The position numbers and the translations under genes were made by a program. Source: Candidatus Thorarchaeota archaeon (GTDB lineage Archaea > Asgardarchaeota > Thorarchaeia > Thorarchaeales > Thorarchaeaceae). Taken from it: a stretch of DNA of 64,000 bases. Positions 1-9,043 of the stretch are shown here, in pieces (positions within the stretch are counted from its first letter, which is position 1; every line of letters starts with the position of its first letter). The DNA lies in contig JBHLRP010000001.1 of the NCBI GenBank assembly GCA_048882485.1, positions 1 to 64,000 on the forward strand, read 5' to 3'. The notes under the pieces were generated by a model. It made no database searches and was not told where the DNA came from. It worked only from the letters and a program-made list of their open reading frames with translations.

Positions 1-137
1 TTTTGGAGTCAACAGTGCTCTTCTTCCAGTCCAATCGCCTATCCATGACCAGCTTTTCAGGTCCATAATGATTCAGATTGACAACATTGTATAGTATTAG
101 TCTTGCTGAAGAAATGGCTAGAGTTTACCATGAAATC

Positions 138-152
138 CAAAAGGTATATTAT
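138..152 (+). promoter_or_regulatory. Candidate archaeal BRE/TATA promoter for the liv-type operon
   Basis: Purine-rich CAAAAGG followed by TATATTAT about 65 nt upstream of a GGAGG-preceded TTG start at 218. Confidence 0.35.
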
Positions 153-217
153 TCGCCAGAATTGGGTTCCCTAGGGATATCCCATTTCAGATATCTAGAT
201 GTCACGTCAGGAGGAGG

Positions 218-1018
218 TTGAATTTGTCCTCAAAGAGTGAATTCATCCTGAGCACGAGCGGATTGACAAAGAGATTTGATGGACTAACCGCTGTCAAAGA
301 TGTTAGCCTTAATGTTGAAAGAGGTTCGATAAAAGCTATCATCGGGCCAAATGGTTCTGGAAAAACGACCTTCTTCAATCTAATCACAGGAGTCTTTCCA
401 CCCTCATCCGGAAATATCTATTTTGAGGGTCGAGACATAACGCGATATTCAATGCATCAACGAACACGACAGGGTATTTCACGATCCTATCAGATTACTA
501 ACATATTTCCATATCAAACAACCTTCGAGAATATTCGACTTGCTGCGCAGGGCTGCAGTGGTGCAAGAGTTAACTTCTTGGGGATGCTAAAGAAGGCAGG
601 CTCCTATACCGATTTCCATGAAAAAGTTCTGGACATTGCTATGATTGTGGGTCTAGACCCTGCTAGACTCTATGTCCCAGCTGCGTTGATACCACACGCT
701 GAGCAAAGAAAGCTTGAGATCGCTATGGCTCTCGCGACTGAGCCGCGACTACTCCTTCTTGATGAGCCTGCTGCTGGAATGGCTATTGAAGAGATACCAG
801 ATGTGATTGATGCCATCCTACGCGTCAAGCAATCCTATGGCGATCAACTAACGTTGCTAGTTGTTGAACACAAAATGGACATTGTAATGAGCCTTAGCGA
901 GGAGGTCGTTGTTCTGTCAGAAGGAAGAATGATTGCTAAAGGGCCTCCAAAAGAGATCAAAGAGAATGAAGAAGTCTTGAAAGCTTATCTAGGTGGTACA
1001 GATGCAGAACTTGCTTGA
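218..1018 (+). CDS. livG: Branched-chain amino acid-type (HAAT) ABC transporter ATP-binding subunit
   Basis: Walker A GPNGSGKTT, Walker B LLLLDEPAAG, VEH switch, C-terminal AYLG; GGAGG RBS before TTG start. Confidence 0.9.
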   Translation: MNLSSKSEFILSTSGLTKRFDGLTAVKDVSLNVERGSIKAIIGPNGSGKTTFFNLITGVFPPSSGNIYFEGRDITRYSMHQRTRQGISRSYQITNIFPYQTTFENIRLAAQGCSGARVNFLGMLKKAGSYTDFHEKVLDIAMIVGLDPARLYVPAALIPHAEQRKLEIAMALATEPRLLLLDEPAAGMAIEEIPDVIDAILRVKQSYGDQLTLLVVEHKMDIVMSLSEEVVVLSEGRMIAKGPPKEIKENEEVLKAYLGGTDAELA

Positions 1019-1721
1019 AATACAAAATGCTCACGTGTACATCGGTTCCTTCTATGTCCTGCAAGGAATCTCATTGGTCGTTCCAAAAGGAGAGGTCACT
1101 CTATTATTGGGTAGAAATGGAGCTGGGAAGACTACGACAATGAAATCAATACTCGGAATATATCCACCTAAAGAAGGAAAGATTGTCTTCAAAGGGGAGG
1201 AGATATCGAATCTTCCCATGCATCAAATAGTCAGCAAAGGCATGGGATATGTTCCTGACACCAGAAGAATATTCGGGTCACTGACAGTTGAACAGAATCT
1301 AATCGTTTCAATGCGGAAAGGAGGCCTGCAGGGAGATGTAGAGGAACGGATGGATTTCATATTCGACCTTTTCCCTGACATGAAGGGGTTCATGAAGCAG
1401 AGAGCTGGAACTCTCTCAGGCGGCCAGCAGCAAATGCTGGCTGTGGCTCGTGCATTGATGAATGACAATGATCTGTTGCTTATCGATGAACCTACAGAGG
1501 GCTTGAGTCCTCTCTTGGCTAGGAATCTTATCGATGCTCTTGACAGGCTGAAGGAATTTGCAACCATCCTGCTAGTTGAACAAAACTTTCGAACTGTGTC
1601 CAAACTCGGTGACAATTATTACATCTTCGACAATGGCAAAATTGTCCATGAAGGCAATAACATGTCTGAGCTAATAGCTGACAAAAAGCTGGTTGCACAA
1701 TACTTGGGGGTAAGCATATGA
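1002..1721 (+). CDS. livF: HAAT ABC transporter ATP-binding subunit
   Basis: GRNGAGKTT, LSGGQQQMLA signature, DEPTEGL, VEQN; ATG at 1002 follows GGTGG (ORF track starts at 993). Confidence 0.9.
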   Translation: MQNLLEIQNAHVYIGSFYVLQGISLVVPKGEVTLLLGRNGAGKTTTMKSILGIYPPKEGKIVFKGEEISNLPMHQIVSKGMGYVPDTRRIFGSLTVEQNLIVSMRKGGLQGDVEERMDFIFDLFPDMKGFMKQRAGTLSGGQQQMLAVARALMNDNDLLLIDEPTEGLSPLLARNLIDALDRLKEFATILLVEQNFRTVSKLGDNYYIFDNGKIVHEGNNMSELIADKKLVAQYLGVSI

Positions 1722-2836
1722 ATACAGCAATGCAGAAGCGACGCTTTTCACCTAGGGACTACCTCGAAGAGAACCCTCAAGCTCGCAGAATGTTGAGAAT
1801 TGCTATGGCAATTGCATTGGTCATCATTGGAGGATTACTGGTTGTAGCCGCGATAAGCTTCTATACATGGGATCAATTCGTTCTAAGGGCTAGCAAATCA
1901 TTGGTTGATGGACTTGCAATTAGCATGTTGCTCTTCTTGATGGTTTCTGGTTTCTTCTTGATTTTCGGACTTTGTGATGTCATCAATTTCGCACATGGTG
2001 CTTTCTTCATGTTGGGAGGTTTCATGGGATTCATAATCTACCTCGGGACAGAATCTGTTCTCCTAGATCCTGCATTACCATTCACCTTAATCTTCGGAGG
2101 CAACCCATTTGCCATTTCAATTGCAGCTTTTATTGTGAGTGCTGTTGGAGCTACAGCTGTTCTGGCTCTAATAGGTGGAGGGATAGAATACTTCACAATT
2201 CGAAGATTGTATGGTAATGCCATTGCTCAGATACTGCTGACAGTTGGCTTTATGTTTATTATCACCCAGCTTAGCGAGATTGTCTGGGGTAGTTCAGTAA
2301 GAACATACTTCATTATACCCAATTCACAATTGAGTTACTTCTTTATCAGCGGCGTTCTTGATTTTGGAGGAGGACTCATATTCGAGCTTTATCGTATCTT
2401 CTTGATCTTTCTGGGATTGGCAGTTGCTTCGATAATGTTTGTAGCTTTTCGCAGAACACGCATTGGTCTTCAGATACAAGCGGGAATAGAAGATTCAGAG
2501 ATGGTTGAAGCATTAGGGACGAATATCAGAAAGTTGTTTACGCTCGTTTTCATGTTGGGTGCTGGCCTTGCAGGATTATCTGGTGCCGTCTTAGTCCCTT
2601 GGATTGGAGCCAATACAGGTCATGGTCTGACTTATCTCATATTCGCATTTGTTATAGTTGTTGTTGGAGGCGCTCATTATGGTCGTTTTGAAGGAACATT
2701 CTTTGGATCTTTAATAGTTGGCCTATCAATGCAATTCACAGCATACTTCATCCCCGTGCTTCAGAACATCATCGTTTTCATTATTATGGCGATTATTCTA
2801 ATACTAAGACCAGGAGGGCTGACAGGTCATGCTTAA
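1718..2836 (+). CDS. livH: HAAT ABC transporter permease
   Basis: LIFGLCDVINFAHGAF motif, multiple TM helices, RTRIGLQIQA...EALG loop; 4-bp overlap with livF. Confidence 0.88.
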   Translation: MNTAMQKRRFSPRDYLEENPQARRMLRIAMAIALVIIGGLLVVAAISFYTWDQFVLRASKSLVDGLAISMLLFLMVSGFFLIFGLCDVINFAHGAFFMLGGFMGFIIYLGTESVLLDPALPFTLIFGGNPFAISIAAFIVSAVGATAVLALIGGGIEYFTIRRLYGNAIAQILLTVGFMFIITQLSEIVWGSSVRTYFIIPNSQLSYFFISGVLDFGGGLIFELYRIFLIFLGLAVASIMFVAFRRTRIGLQIQAGIEDSEMVEALGTNIRKLFTLVFMLGAGLAGLSGAVLVPWIGANTGHGLTYLIFAFVIVVVGGAHYGRFEGTFFGSLIVGLSMQFTAYFIPVLQNIIVFIIMAIILILRPGGLTGHA

Positions 2837-4592
2837 CGTAGGTGATCTTGTGGGACGAATGAGAGAAGTTATAGCTAGTATACCCACCATATTATCGAAC
2901 AATAGAATCCCTGTAAGCATTGTAGCATTTCTGTATATGCTTCCATTGGTTACAACAGCAGAAACATCTCCCGTTCGAGCTTTACTCAACCTTATAACCC
3001 AGATAATGATTTTCGGCCTTTTGGCAGCTTCCTTTGATCTGCAACTGGGACGAGCTGCCCTCTTAAATTTCGGGCATGTTGCACTTTTTGGAGTGGGAGC
3101 CTATGTGATGGCCTTTAGTTTAGACGCATCTATACTTCCCCCTCCCCTAAATGCAATTGCGATTATTCCATATCCGCTTTCTATTGTTTTGGCCATTATG
3201 ATTGGCGGCGGACTGGGGCTTATAATGGGACTTACTACAAGCCGAATGAGAGGTACTGCGTTTGCGTTTATCGCTTTAGCAATTGCAATGTTTCTCTATA
3301 ATTTCTTCTCTGAAAATCCAGGTCTTTCTGGTGGAGAAACAGGACTCAGAGTAGCGAATCCAGCTATTATTAGGACTGCGCCTTTCTATCTGCTCTTTAT
3401 CACACTTGCATTTGTATTCTTTGCAGCCTTTCTTGGAGTGATCATCCTTTACTTAAAGAAACGAACGGCTTCTATTGGACTCATCCTATTCATTCCAGTC
3501 ATGATAGCCATTACGAGCTTCCTTTTCATGTTTGGCACAAACATCTATGGACCTGTACTAGTATTTTATGCCTTTCTTGGGATGATACTTATCTTTTGGA
3601 TGGAACGAAAGAGATCCATATCCGACCCACTGCAGTTTTCTGAGGGGCTGCAAACTTTCGCAAGTGAGATGAATACCACCAATAGAATGAAGTCCTTCAT
3701 AATACCAATCATTATCTTGATATTAGCACTAGTTGGCCTGGCTGCTACTTTTGGAGAAAACATCGCTCAGATGGTATCACTGTGGATTGAACAAAGATCT
3801 ACTTTCTATTTCACTATTCCAGTGCAATACTATCTTGTATTAACATGTGTAGTTGCAACCTATGTCTTCATAAAACGATTAGTGGCATCTCCGTTTGGGA
3901 GAATGGTTGCTGCTGTAGCTCAAAATGAAGAACGCGCTGAAGCATTAGGATACAACAGCTATCGGGCTAAGATAGTGATGATGATGATAAGCGGTGCCAT
4001 AGCTGGACTTGCAGGGGGATTGTATGCACCCTTCAATAGGGTTATTGATCCGTCAACAGCTTTGGGAGTCGAAGTGACCATAAATGCAATGTTGTATACC
4101 ATCATTGGAGGCATTGGCACTCTATTTGGTCCATTACTAGGAGCTGGAGTAGTTGAGTACTCAGATCTCTATTTGGTGAACTTCATGGGGGAATTAGGCC
4201 TACCGGGAGAATTATGGTTGGTAGCGTTAGGGTTGATGTATATTTTCATTGTCCTATTTATGCCTCTTGGAATCGTAGGGTCTATTGGGAGGAGGGTCAA
4301 TTCAGCTTCGGAAAAAATGCGTCAAATTAAGTTGGGTCGATTTGAATTTGGAATAAAGGCTTCTGATTATTGGGTATTCGGTTTCTTGGGCACACTAGGT
4401 TTATTCCTATTCTTGATTGAGGATGCTAGGTCTTTCCCTATTGTCTTCGGTGTATTTGGATTTCTCGGGATATTTGGATTTCTACTATTATGGCTATATA
4501 GAAAGGAAATTGCATCAAGAATAAGACGTCTTCCAAAAGCTATCGCCGCAAGGATTCGAGCTATCTTCGCAAGGATAGCTGTAAGGAGTTGA
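2829..4592 (+). CDS. livM: HAAT ABC transporter permease, unusually long (587 aa)
   Basis: LLNFGHVALFGVGAY, SGGETG, SPFGRMVAAVAQNEERAEALG, IIGGIGTLFGPLLGA motifs. Confidence 0.88.
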   Translation: MLNVGDLVGRMREVIASIPTILSNNRIPVSIVAFLYMLPLVTTAETSPVRALLNLITQIMIFGLLAASFDLQLGRAALLNFGHVALFGVGAYVMAFSLDASILPPPLNAIAIIPYPLSIVLAIMIGGGLGLIMGLTTSRMRGTAFAFIALAIAMFLYNFFSENPGLSGGETGLRVANPAIIRTAPFYLLFITLAFVFFAAFLGVIILYLKKRTASIGLILFIPVMIAITSFLFMFGTNIYGPVLVFYAFLGMILIFWMERKRSISDPLQFSEGLQTFASEMNTTNRMKSFIIPIIILILALVGLAATFGENIAQMVSLWIEQRSTFYFTIPVQYYLVLTCVVATYVFIKRLVASPFGRMVAAVAQNEERAEALGYNSYRAKIVMMMISGAIAGLAGGLYAPFNRVIDPSTALGVEVTINAMLYTIIGGIGTLFGPLLGAGVVEYSDLYLVNFMGELGLPGELWLVALGLMYIFIVLFMPLGIVGSIGRRVNSASEKMRQIKLGRFEFGIKASDYWVFGFLGTLGLFLFLIEDARSFPIVFGVFGFLGIFGFLLLWLYRKEIASRIRRLPKAIAARIRAIFARIAVRS

Positions 4593-4596
4593 TTGC

Positions 4597-5415
4597 TTGC
4601 CATTTGAAACTGTAGGGGACATCGATATCTATTATGAGATTCATGGACCACCTGAGGCTCCGCCTCTTGTGCTCATTGGAGGATGGGCGAGCTATCGCTG
4701 GATTTGGTTTCGACAGATTCCTGCCTTCAAAGAGAAACTCAGATGCATTGTATTCGATAATCGAGGAGCAGGGAGAAGTTCCAAGCCTGACTATCCATAT
4801 TCAATTCAGATGTTCGTTGATGATACGGTTGGGCTGATAGAAGCTCTCGGCATTGATAAGGCTCATATTCTAGGTATTTCAATGGGCGGATTGATTGCTC
4901 AGCAAATTGCCATATCCTATCCTGAAAAGGTACGAAGTTTGATTGTTGTATCTAGCCATTTTGGGGGGCCAAACTCTATTCCGATGGATGATAGAACAAT
5001 GGCCCTGCTAGTCGCTCTTCCAACTGAAACAATCTCAAAAGAGCAAGCTAGGGAAATGCGCTACAGGGCTACTTTCAGCCCAGAATTCATTCAAGAGAAT
5101 GAGTCGGTGATAGAGCAAATAGACCAATGGGCAGAAATGCATCCCACTCCGCTTTTTGCGCAAATTCGTCAAAGTGCAGCAGTGGGTGATTTCAATTCTG
5201 AATCTGAATTAAAGCAGATATCAGTCCCAACATTGGTCATACATGGAGATGCAGATCTAGCAGTCCCCCCCAAAAATGGGGAGATGCTAGCTAACAAAAT
5301 ACCCAATTCACAATTGGTGCTTATTGAAGGAGGGTCTCATTTCAGCATCATCGAGAAATATAGCGAATTCAATGATGCGGTCATGAGTTTCATAGACGAG
5401 TTAGAGCAGAAATAA
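4597..5415 (+). CDS. Alpha/beta hydrolase
   Basis: DNRGAGRS, nucleophile elbow GISMGG, PTLVIHGDAD, C-terminal GSHF His. Confidence 0.88.
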   Translation: MPFETVGDIDIYYEIHGPPEAPPLVLIGGWASYRWIWFRQIPAFKEKLRCIVFDNRGAGRSSKPDYPYSIQMFVDDTVGLIEALGIDKAHILGISMGGLIAQQIAISYPEKVRSLIVVSSHFGGPNSIPMDDRTMALLVALPTETISKEQAREMRYRATFSPEFIQENESVIEQIDQWAEMHPTPLFAQIRQSAAVGDFNSESELKQISVPTLVIHGDADLAVPPKNGEMLANKIPNSQLVLIEGGSHFSIIEKYSEFNDAVMSFIDELEQK

Positions 5416-5487
5416 CTCACTTTTGATTTCGAAAAGAAGGTGATATAGGCAGGGAAGTGCTACAGCCCCCAAAATCAAACTCAGAGG

Positions 5488-6507
5488 ATGATGTGGATGG
5501 TTCGTTCAGCTGTGGTTGCAGGTCTGGGAATGTATGTTCCTGACAAGATGTTGACGAATGAAGAAATAGAGGAGATGCTCAACCGTCCAGGTACTGCAGA
5601 TTGGCTAGTCGAAAATGTTGGCATCAGACAACGCCACATCATGGCTGAAGATGAGGTGACATCAGATCTCGCTTTTCATGCAAGTCGTGAAGCATTAGAA
5701 AATGCGGGAATGGATGCAAACGAGCTCGATTTGATTATTCTAAGCACTGATACTCCAGACTATCTATCTCCAGCAACATCAGTTGTTGTTCAACATAAAC
5801 TCGGTGCGAATAAGGCAGGCACGTTTGATGTCAATTGCGCATGCGCAGGTTTAGTCACTTCTTTGGATGTTGCTTCTCGATATATCAAAACAGATGCCGA
5901 GATTAATTCCGTCTTGGTGATTGGTGCATATGGAATGACAAAATTTGTAGATTGGACTGATCACTATACCTGTACGTTATTTGCTGATGCTGCAGGAGCC
6001 ATTGTCATGAGAGCCAGTGAAGAGGAGGAAGGATTCATTGCTTCAAAATTGATGGCAGATGGCTCATTTCATGATCATCTAGGAGTTTTCGTCGGAGGAA
6101 CAGCTGAACCGCCAACAGTTGAAGCGATTCAGAATCATAGGCATCACCTTGCTTTTCGCAAACGTTTTCCTTCAGACACAAATCTCCAACACTGGCCAAT
6201 TCTAACCCGGGATTGCGTGGCGAAAGCAAATCTATCCATGGACGACATAGACTGGATTTTCTTCACTCAGGTAAACCTTCGAACCATTGAGGCGGTAATG
6301 AAAGAATTGGAGCTGCCTCTTGAGAAGACCCATAATGTGATGGATAAATGGGGGTATACTGGTTCGGCGTGCATTGCTTTAGCAATGTACGACGCAATTG
6401 ACAAAGGAAAGCTTCCCCCTCCGGAACATGGTAATGGAGAATATATTGCCCTCTGCTCATCAGGAGGAGGATTCAATATGGCGGCTGCAGCACTAAGATG
6501 GTGGTGA
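5488..6507 (+). CDS. Ketoacyl synthase III (FabH)-like condensing enzyme with non-canonical active site
   Basis: GIRQRH, DVNCACAG (catalytic Cys), TLFADAAGA, GGGF; His site reads FTQVN and Asn site reads GYTGSA. Confidence 0.85.
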   Translation: MMWMVRSAVVAGLGMYVPDKMLTNEEIEEMLNRPGTADWLVENVGIRQRHIMAEDEVTSDLAFHASREALENAGMDANELDLIILSTDTPDYLSPATSVVVQHKLGANKAGTFDVNCACAGLVTSLDVASRYIKTDAEINSVLVIGAYGMTKFVDWTDHYTCTLFADAAGAIVMRASEEEEGFIASKLMADGSFHDHLGVFVGGTAEPPTVEAIQNHRHHLAFRKRFPSDTNLQHWPILTRDCVAKANLSMDDIDWIFFTQVNLRTIEAVMKELELPLEKTHNVMDKWGYTGSACIALAMYDAIDKGKLPPPEHGNGEYIALCSSGGGFNMAAAALRWW

Positions 6508-6534
6508 GATACCGCCAATTGCGAGGCTGCAATA

Positions 6535-8076
6535 ATGGTAAATCAGTTTGATTATTTATCCAAGAGAGAGGTCTTCTCACCTGATGTAGAAGCTCTAGTT
6601 GATGTTGCGACAGGGAAACGATATACCTATAGCACATTCAATAAGCGAGCGAATCAGGTCGCGAATCTCCTTCAGGGGAGTTTCAAGTTTGAGAAAGGGG
6701 ATCGCCTGTGTATTCTCGCTTACAATAGTCTTGAATACTGGGAAGCGTTCTTTGGATGCCAAAAGAGTGGAGGTATCTTCAGCCCACTGAATTTCCGTTT
6801 GGTCGTGAGAGAACTGGTGGGTTTGGTTGATGACCTAACCCCCTCCGTCTTTCTTTATGATGAGAGCTTTGCGTCTGTCGCATCTGAGCTGAAGGAAGAA
6901 ACATCAGTCGACCATTGGATTGCACTGGGCCAAGAAGGAGAGGGGCCAGTAGGCTCATTGAATTATGAAGAAGTAGTCAGTAAAGCCTCATCTACTCCTC
7001 CCGTGCCGGCTGCCCTCTCGTACGAAGATCCTATGGGTATTGTCTTTACAGGTGGGACAACAGGTCTTCCAAAAGGCGCAATGATAACCTACAAACAGGT
7101 TGCCTTCAATACACTAAGTACTATTCGAGACATTCTTCCTGGCGATGTCTACATAAATCATCTACCGCTGTTTCATGTAGGCGGACTCTACGTGTATGCC
7201 ATTCCACTATTGATTTTGGGCGGAAAAGTAATCCAAATGCAGGGATGGGATTTGGAGATACTAATTCATCTAATCAACAAGGAGCGACCCAATTTCTTCT
7301 TCGCAGTTCCTACACAATACCGGATGTTGATGAATCATCCTGACTTCAAATCAATTGACTTCAGCAATGTCCGCTTTCTAACTTCGGGAGGAGAACCATT
7401 GCCTTTGGAAATCATCAAGACATTCAAAAAAACACATGGGGTCAAATTCAAACAAGGATTTGGTATGACTGAAGTCGGACCTGGTTGCTTTGCTCTTGAC
7501 CCATGGGATGCTGAACGAAAGATTGGAAGTATTGGAACTCCCAACTTCTTTATAGATGCCAAAGTTGTTGACCCAGAAACCGAGAAAGAGTGCGGCTCAA
7601 ATGAGGTTGGCGAGCTTCTATTCAAGGGTCCAACAGTCACCAAGGGATATTGGAATCGTCCAGAATTGAACAAGACTCTCTTGGACGCCGATGGGTGGTT
7701 TCGAACTGGGGACATGGTCTACTATGATGATGAAGGATACTTCTTTGTGGTTGATCGAGTCAAAGACATGTTCATCAGTGGCGGCGAAAATGTGTACCCC
7801 AGAGAGATTGAGAAGCTTCTGGAACAACATCCCAAGATTGCACAGGTACAAGTAATCGGGGTTTCTGATTCTAAGTGGGGTGAGGTTGGTCGCGCTGTTG
7901 TTGTCTTAAAAACCGGAGCAGAAGCTACTGAAGAAGAGATAATCAGCTTCTGTGAAGGGAAATTAGCCAAATTTAAAACTCCCAAATCTGTGGTGTTTAT
8001 CGATGGCTTTGCTTCTTACATTTCTGGAGCTGGGAAGATTCTGAAACGAAGATTGAAGGAAGACTTCGGTCAATAG
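6535..8076 (+). CDS. AMP-dependent acyl-CoA synthetase (FadD/MenE-like adenylate-forming enzyme)
   Basis: FTGGTTGLPKGA, FGMTE, GWFRTGD, DRVKDMFISGGENVYPREIE, GKILK. Confidence 0.92.
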   Translation: MVNQFDYLSKREVFSPDVEALVDVATGKRYTYSTFNKRANQVANLLQGSFKFEKGDRLCILAYNSLEYWEAFFGCQKSGGIFSPLNFRLVVRELVGLVDDLTPSVFLYDESFASVASELKEETSVDHWIALGQEGEGPVGSLNYEEVVSKASSTPPVPAALSYEDPMGIVFTGGTTGLPKGAMITYKQVAFNTLSTIRDILPGDVYINHLPLFHVGGLYVYAIPLLILGGKVIQMQGWDLEILIHLINKERPNFFFAVPTQYRMLMNHPDFKSIDFSNVRFLTSGGEPLPLEIIKTFKKTHGVKFKQGFGMTEVGPGCFALDPWDAERKIGSIGTPNFFIDAKVVDPETEKECGSNEVGELLFKGPTVTKGYWNRPELNKTLLDADGWFRTGDMVYYDDEGYFFVVDRVKDMFISGGENVYPREIEKLLEQHPKIAQVQVIGVSDSKWGEVGRAVVVLKTGAEATEEEIISFCEGKLAKFKTPKSVVFIDGFASYISGAGKILKRRLKEDFGQ

Positions 8077-8087
8077 GAGGTTTAGTC

Positions 8088-8894
8088 TTGCCATTATGTG
8101 AAGTGAATGGTATCAAAATCTACTATGAGATACATGGCGAAGGTGAACCAGTTATCTTTGGCAATGGTGTCTTCTCAAATACTCTAGGATGGGTCAATCA
8201 ACTTCCTGCTTTTTCCAAAGAGTATCAAGTCATCCTTTATGACATGCGTGGTCAAGGACAAAGCGATAAGCCAGATAGTCCATATTCCTTCGATATCCAT
8301 GCTGAGGATCAAAAAGCACTTCTCGATGAAATTGGTATCTCCAAGGTTCATCATGTCGGAATCAGCTATGGCGCCGAGCTTGGACTGGTCTTTGCTTTGA
8401 AATATCCAAACATGCTGAATAGCCTGGTTGCATGCAGCGCTGTGTCGTATGTGGGGTCTCTGCTCAGTGAGATGGTGCAGTTATGGAGATATGCTTGTAA
8501 TCTCGGGGATCCCGAGCTATTTTATCATGCTACTATCCCGCTAAATTTCGGAGAAGCTTTCATTCAAAAGAATACTATCATCTTGGAACAAGCAAAGGAA
8601 CGATATGCTCAACTAGACTATCCTCCGCTTGTGAGATTATGCGACTCCTTTCTCATGCTAAATGTCACAGACCAATTGCCAGAGATCAAGACGCCCACTT
8701 GTATCATTGGCGGGGAGAAGGACATAATCAAGCCGGTCTATCCCTACTCTCACGTCATTCATGATGCATTGCCTAATTCAGAAATGGTCATTGTTGAAGA
8801 TTCAGGACATGCTGTAACATTTGAGAAACCTGAAGAGTTTAACAGCATAGTTCTTGAATTCTTGCACAAGCAAACTCAAAAACGCATATCATAA
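8088..8894 (+). CDS. Alpha/beta hydrolase
   Basis: DMRGQGQS, GISYG nucleophile elbow, GGEKD, SGHAV; GGAGG RBS before TTG start. Confidence 0.88.
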   Translation: MPLCEVNGIKIYYEIHGEGEPVIFGNGVFSNTLGWVNQLPAFSKEYQVILYDMRGQGQSDKPDSPYSFDIHAEDQKALLDEIGISKVHHVGISYGAELGLVFALKYPNMLNSLVACSAVSYVGSLLSEMVQLWRYACNLGDPELFYHATIPLNFGEAFIQKNTIILEQAKERYAQLDYPPLVRLCDSFLMLNVTDQLPEIKTPTCIIGGEKDIIKPVYPYSHVIHDALPNSEMVIVEDSGHAVTFEKPEEFNSIVLEFLHKQTQKRIS

Positions 8895-9043
8895 AAAAAA
8901 TAATTGCATAAATTCAACTCATCGTTTTCTCTTATTCCGAGTTCCTTAACAGATATATAGCAGGGAACTAGTGCTTCAGGAAGGCTATCGTTCAAGCTGT
9001 GTCTTCTACTCAATCATCGAGTAGGAGCAAAGGAGGATAGAAG

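Noticed and set aside
1..46. Possible N-terminus of a divergent minus-strand gene (MDRRLDWKKSTVDSK)
   Set aside because: Only 15 codons are visible at the window edge; not supportable
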